Assembly (NCBI RefSeq): GCF_000027125.1
Contig: NC_017626.1
Length of the DNA stretch: 64,000 nucleotides
Origin: Escherichia coli 042
Lineage (GTDB): Bacteria > Pseudomonadota > Gammaproteobacteria > Enterobacterales > Enterobacteriaceae
Strand: one strand, 5' to 3'
The notes beneath the pieces are model-generated. The model was given only the letters and a program-made list of their open reading frames with translations, was not told the origin of the DNA and did no database searches. Below are positions 60,260-64,000 of this stretch, piece by piece; positions within the stretch are counted from its first letter, which is position 1; each line of letters begins with the position of its first letter. Position numbers and translations under genes: made by a program.

Positions 60260-61837
60260 ATGAATTCTTCCTTTGAATCTCTGATTGAACAGTATCCCTT
60301 ACCCATTGCCGAACAGTTGCGCCACTGGGCGGCCCGTTATGCCTCGCGAATTGCCGTCGTTGATGCAAAGGGGTCGTTAACCTACAGCGCGCTTGATGCA
60401 CAAGTTGACGAACTTGCCGCAGGTCTGTCATCACTGGGTTTGCGTTCGGGGGAGCATGTAATTGTGCAGCTTCCCAACGACAACGCGTTTGTTACCCTGC
60501 TGTTCGCCTTGTTAAGACTGGGCGTTATCCCCGTGCTGGCGATGCCCTCGCAACGGGCGCTGGATATCGACGCGCTGATTGAGCTGGCGCAACCCGTCGC
60601 TTACGTTATTCACGGGGAAAACCACGCAGAGCTGGCCCGACAGATGGCGCACAAACACGCCTGCTTGCGTCATGTTCTGGTCGCTGGAGAGACCGTGAGC
60701 GACGATTTTACGCCGCTCTTCTCCCTTCACGGTGAGCGACAGGCATGGCCGCAGCCTGATGTTTCCGCCACCGCGTTGTTGTTGCTCTCAGGCGGCACAA
60801 CCGGCACGCCAAAACTCATCCCGCGCCGACATGCCGACTATAGCTATAACTTCAGCGCTTCTGCTGAACTGTGCGGCATCAGCCAACAGAGCGTGTATCT
60901 CGCCGTCCTCCCGGTGGCGCATAACTTTCCGCTGGCCTGCCCCGGTATTCTGGGAACGCTTGCCTGCGGCGGAAAAGTGGTGCTGACCGACAGCGCCAGC
61001 TGTGATGAGGTGATGCCTTTAATCGCGCAGGAAAGAGTGACTCACGTCGCCCTGGTTCCGGCGCTGGCGCAATTATGGGTGCAGGCCAGGGAGTGGGAAG
61101 ACAGCGACCTTTCGTCGCTGCGCGTCATTCAGGCAGGCGGCGCCCGGCTCGCCCCGACGCTTGCTGAGCAGGTTATCGCCACCTTTGACTGTACCCTGCA
61201 ACAGGTTTTCGGTATGGCGGAAGGCCTGCTCTGTTTTACCCGGCTGGACGATCCGCATGCCACCATTCTCCACAGCCAGGGGCGCCCGTTGTCCCCTCTG
61301 GATGAAATCCGCATCGTTGATCAAGACGAGAACGACGTCGCGCCGGGCGAAACCGGGCAATTGTTAACGCGCGGCCCTTATACCATTTCGGGCTATTACC
61401 GCGCCCCTGCCCACAACGCGCAGGCCTTTACCGCGCAAGGGTTTTACCGCACAGGCGACAATGTCAGGCTGGATGAGGTGGGGAACCTGCACGTTGAGGG
61501 ACGCATAAAAGAGCAGATCAACCGCGCCGGAGAAAAAATAGCCGCGGCTGAAGTGGAATCGGCACTGCTGCGTTTAGCGGAAGTGCAAGATTGCGCGGTG
61601 GTCGCCGCGCCGGACACGCTGCTTGGCGAGCGGATTTGCGCGTTTATCATCGCGCAGCAGGTGCCAACTGACTATCAGCAGTTGCGTCAACAACTGACCC
61701 GTATGGGGCTCAGCGCGTGGAAAATTCCTGACCAAATCGAGTTTCTGGACCACTGGCCGCTCACCGCCGTCGGCAAGATAGACAAAAAACGCCTGACGGC
61801 TCTCGCCGTCGACCGTTATCGCCATTCTGCCCAATAA
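60260..61837 (+). CDS. ybtE: salicyl-AMP ligase YbtE
   Basis: 525 aa stand-alone adenylation enzyme (LSGGTTGTPK, YRTGD motifs). Confidence 0.9.
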   Translation: MNSSFESLIEQYPLPIAEQLRHWAARYASRIAVVDAKGSLTYSALDAQVDELAAGLSSLGLRSGEHVIVQLPNDNAFVTLLFALLRLGVIPVLAMPSQRALDIDALIELAQPVAYVIHGENHAELARQMAHKHACLRHVLVAGETVSDDFTPLFSLHGERQAWPQPDVSATALLLLSGGTTGTPKLIPRRHADYSYNFSASAELCGISQQSVYLAVLPVAHNFPLACPGILGTLACGGKVVLTDSASCDEVMPLIAQERVTHVALVPALAQLWVQAREWEDSDLSSLRVIQAGGARLAPTLAEQVIATFDCTLQQVFGMAEGLLCFTRLDDPHATILHSQGRPLSPLDEIRIVDQDENDVAPGETGQLLTRGPYTISGYYRAPAHNAQAFTAQGFYRTGDNVRLDEVGNLHVEGRIKEQINRAGEKIAAAEVESALLRLAEVQDCAVVAAPDTLLGERICAFIIAQQVPTDYQQLRQQLTRMGLSAWKIPDQIEFLDHWPLTAVGKIDKKRLTALAVDRYRHSAQ

Positions 61838-61844
61838 GCGCAAA

Positions 61845-61912
61845 CCGACCCGAAACAGGTTGAAATAAACCCGTTTCGGGTAGCACTACTATTAGAAATA
61901 GTTATCATTTTC
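61845..61912. promoter_or_regulatory. fyuA promoter: YbtA-binding repeat plus Fur box
   Basis: ACCCGAAACAGG...AAACCCGTTTCGGGTAGCA (61847-61885) then GAAATAGTTATCATTTTC (61895-61912). Confidence 0.65.
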
Positions 61913-61967
61913 AATTCACCATTGTCGGTATTTTTGGCGTTTCGCCGTCTTACAGGGACTCACAACA

Positions 61968-63989
61968 ATGAAAATGACACGGCTTTATCCTCTGGCCTTG
62001 GGGGGATTATTGCTCCCCGCCATTGCTAATGCCCAGACTTCACAGCAAGACGAAAGCACGCTGGTGGTTACCGCCAGTAAACAATCTTCCCGCTCGGCAT
62101 CAGCCAACAACGTCTCGTCTACTGTTGTCAGCGCGCCGGAATTAAGCGACGCCGGCGTCACCGCCAGCGACAAACTCCCCAGAGTCTTGCCCGGGCTCAA
62201 TATTGAAAATAGCGGCAACATGCTTTTTTCGACGATCTCGCTACGCGGCGTCTCTTCAGCGCAGGACTTCTATAACCCCGCCGTCACCCTGTATGTCGAT
62301 GGCGTCCCTCAGCTTTCCACCAACACCATCCAGGCGCTTACCGATGTGCAAAGCGTGGAGTTGCTGCGAGGCCCACAGGGAACGTTATATGGCAAAAGCG
62401 CTCAGGGCGGGATCATCAACATCGTCACCCAGCAGCCGGACAGCACGCCGCGCGGCTATATTGAAGGCGGCGTCAGTAGCCGCGACAGTTATCGAAGTAA
62501 GTTCAACCTGAGCGGCCCCATTCAGGATGGCCTGCTGTACGGCAGCGTCACCCTGTTACGCCAGGTTGATGACGGCGACATGATTAACCCCGCGACGGGA
62601 AGCGATGACTTAGGCGGCACCCGCGCCAGCATAGGGAATGTGAAACTGCGTCTGGCGCCGGACGATCAGCCCTGGGAAATGGGCTTTGCCGCCTCACGCG
62701 AATGTACCCGCGCCACCCAGGACGCCTATGTGGGATGGAATGATATTAAGGGCCGTAAGCTGTCGATCAGCGATGGTTCACCAGACCCGTACATGCGGCG
62801 CTGCACTGACAGCCAGACCCTGAGTGGGAAATACACCACCGATGACTGGGTTTTCAACCTGATCAGCGCCTGGCAGCAGCAGCATTATTCGCGCACCTTC
62901 CCTTCCGGTTCGTTAATCGTCAATATGCCTCAGCGCTGGAATCAGGATGTGCAGGAGCTGCGCGCCGCAACCCTGGGCGATGCGCGTACCGTTGATATGG
63001 TGTTTGGGCTGTACCGGCAGAACACCCGCGAGAAGTTAAATTCAGCCTACGACATGCCGACAATGCCTTATTTAAGCAGTACCGGCTATACCACCGCTGA
63101 AACGCTGGCCGCATACAGTGACCTGACCTGGCATTTAACCGATCGTTTTGATATCGGCGGCGGCGTGCGCTTCTCGCATGATAAATCCAGTACACAATAT
63201 CACGGCAGCATGCTCGGCAACCCGTTTGGCGACCAGGGTAAGAGCAATGACGATCAGGTGCTCGGGCAGCTATCCGCAGGCTATATGCTGACCGATGACT
63301 GGAGAGTGTATACCCGTGTAGCCCAGGGATATAAACCTTCCGGGTACAACATCGTGCCTACTGCGGGTCTTGATGCCAAACCGTTCGTCGCCGAGAAATC
63401 CATCAACTATGAACTTGGCACCCGCTACGAAACCGCTGACGTCACGCTGCAAGCCGCGACGTTTTATACCCACACCAAAGACATGCAGCTTTACTCTGGC
63501 CCGGTCGGGATGAAGACATTAAGCAATGCGGGTAAAGCCGACGCCACCGGCGTTGAGCTTGAAGCGAAGTGGCGGTTTGCGCCAGGCTGGTCATGGGATA
63601 TCAATGGCAACGTGATCCGTTCCGAATTCACCAATGACAGTGAGTTGTATCACGGTAACCGGGTGCCGTTCGTACCACGTTATGGCGCGGGAAGCAGCGT
63701 GAACGGCGTGATTGATACGCGCTATGGCGCACTGATGCCCCGACTGGCGGTTAATCTGGTCGGGCCGCATTATTTCGATGGCGACAACCAGTTGCGGCAA
63801 GGCACCTATGCCACCCTGGACAGCAGCCTGGGCTGGCAGGCGACTGAACGGATGAACATTTCCGTCTATGTCGATAACCTGTTCGACCGTCGTTACCGTA
63901 CCTATGGCTACATGAACGGCAGCAGCGCCGTCGCGCAGGTCAATATGGGTCGCACCGTCGGTATCAATACGCGAATTGATTTCTTCTGA
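61968..63989 (+). CDS. fyuA: TonB-dependent yersiniabactin/pesticin receptor FyuA (Psn)
   Basis: 673 aa; signal peptide, TonB box region, C-terminal beta-barrel ending ...RIDFF. Confidence 0.9.
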   Translation: MKMTRLYPLALGGLLLPAIANAQTSQQDESTLVVTASKQSSRSASANNVSSTVVSAPELSDAGVTASDKLPRVLPGLNIENSGNMLFSTISLRGVSSAQDFYNPAVTLYVDGVPQLSTNTIQALTDVQSVELLRGPQGTLYGKSAQGGIINIVTQQPDSTPRGYIEGGVSSRDSYRSKFNLSGPIQDGLLYGSVTLLRQVDDGDMINPATGSDDLGGTRASIGNVKLRLAPDDQPWEMGFAASRECTRATQDAYVGWNDIKGRKLSISDGSPDPYMRRCTDSQTLSGKYTTDDWVFNLISAWQQQHYSRTFPSGSLIVNMPQRWNQDVQELRAATLGDARTVDMVFGLYRQNTREKLNSAYDMPTMPYLSSTGYTTAETLAAYSDLTWHLTDRFDIGGGVRFSHDKSSTQYHGSMLGNPFGDQGKSNDDQVLGQLSAGYMLTDDWRVYTRVAQGYKPSGYNIVPTAGLDAKPFVAEKSINYELGTRYETADVTLQAATFYTHTKDMQLYSGPVGMKTLSNAGKADATGVELEAKWRFAPGWSWDINGNVIRSEFTNDSELYHGNRVPFVPRYGAGSSVNGVIDTRYGALMPRLAVNLVGPHYFDGDNQLRQGTYATLDSSLGWQATERMNISVYVDNLFDRRYRTYGYMNGSSAVAQVNMGRTVGINTRIDFF

Positions 63990-64000
63990 TTATTGTAAAA

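Larger units (their letters stand above)
33467..64000 (+). mobile_element. Yersinia high-pathogenicity island (yersiniabactin locus) at tRNA-Asn; right end not in window
   Basis: tRNA-Asn, P4-type int, then complete ybtS-ybtX-ybtQ-ybtP / ybtA / irp2-irp1-ybtU-ybtT-ybtE / fyuA in canonical order. Confidence 0.9.

Noticed and set aside
1-64000. CRISPR arrays, IS elements or transposase genes
   Set aside because: Scanned for regularly spaced direct repeats and transposase-like ORFs and found none; the only repeat structures are short operator-like palindromes and the HPI promoter repeats.

Overview
This window is almost entirely horizontally acquired DNA in an Escherichia-like chromosomal context (serU, mtfA, asnT), made up of three mobile units. 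All calls rest on reading the sequence and the ORF track and on recalled family features; no database search or HMM was run. (1) Positions 1 to ~10950: a P4/PICI-like satellite island, all on the minus strand, with a P4-type integrase, two AlpA-like regulators, a Bro-N protein, a large primase/helicase-like replication protein, an SSB-like protein, a PerC-like regulator, and its own HK97-type major capsid protein, prohead protease and portal (portal runs off the window start). It resembles a capsid-forming phage satellite. (2) Positions ~10950 to ~32400: a lambdoid, Qin/Rac-like prophage integrated next to tRNA-Ser (serU), with int/xis, a DnaQ-like exonuclease, the dicB-ydfD module with DicF sRNA, CI/Cro-like switch, YdaT-like protein, replication genes, hokD, DUF551, DUF968, RusA, antiterminator Q, two phage tRNAs, an AT-rich moron region, a pinholin/SAR-endolysin/Rz/Rz1 lysis cassette, and HNH-TerS-TerL packaging genes. 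The TerL gene stops after its ATPase domain exactly where the satellite island begins, so the ORF track reports an artificial 807-aa TerL-integrase chimera. (3) Positions 33467 to 64000: the Yersinia high-pathogenicity island at tRNA-Asn, with a complete yersiniabactin locus (int, ybtS, ybtX, ybtQ, ybtP, ybtA, irp2, irp1, ybtU, ybtT, ybtE, fyuA), YbtA-binding repeats and Fur boxes. The HPI integrase appears to have lost its ATG start codon (ATA). The most novel candidates are the nested satellite and its junction with TerL, an AT-rich opposite-strand orphan gene inside the satellite (2542-3048), and the AT-rich moron block between the phage tRNAs and the lysis genes.
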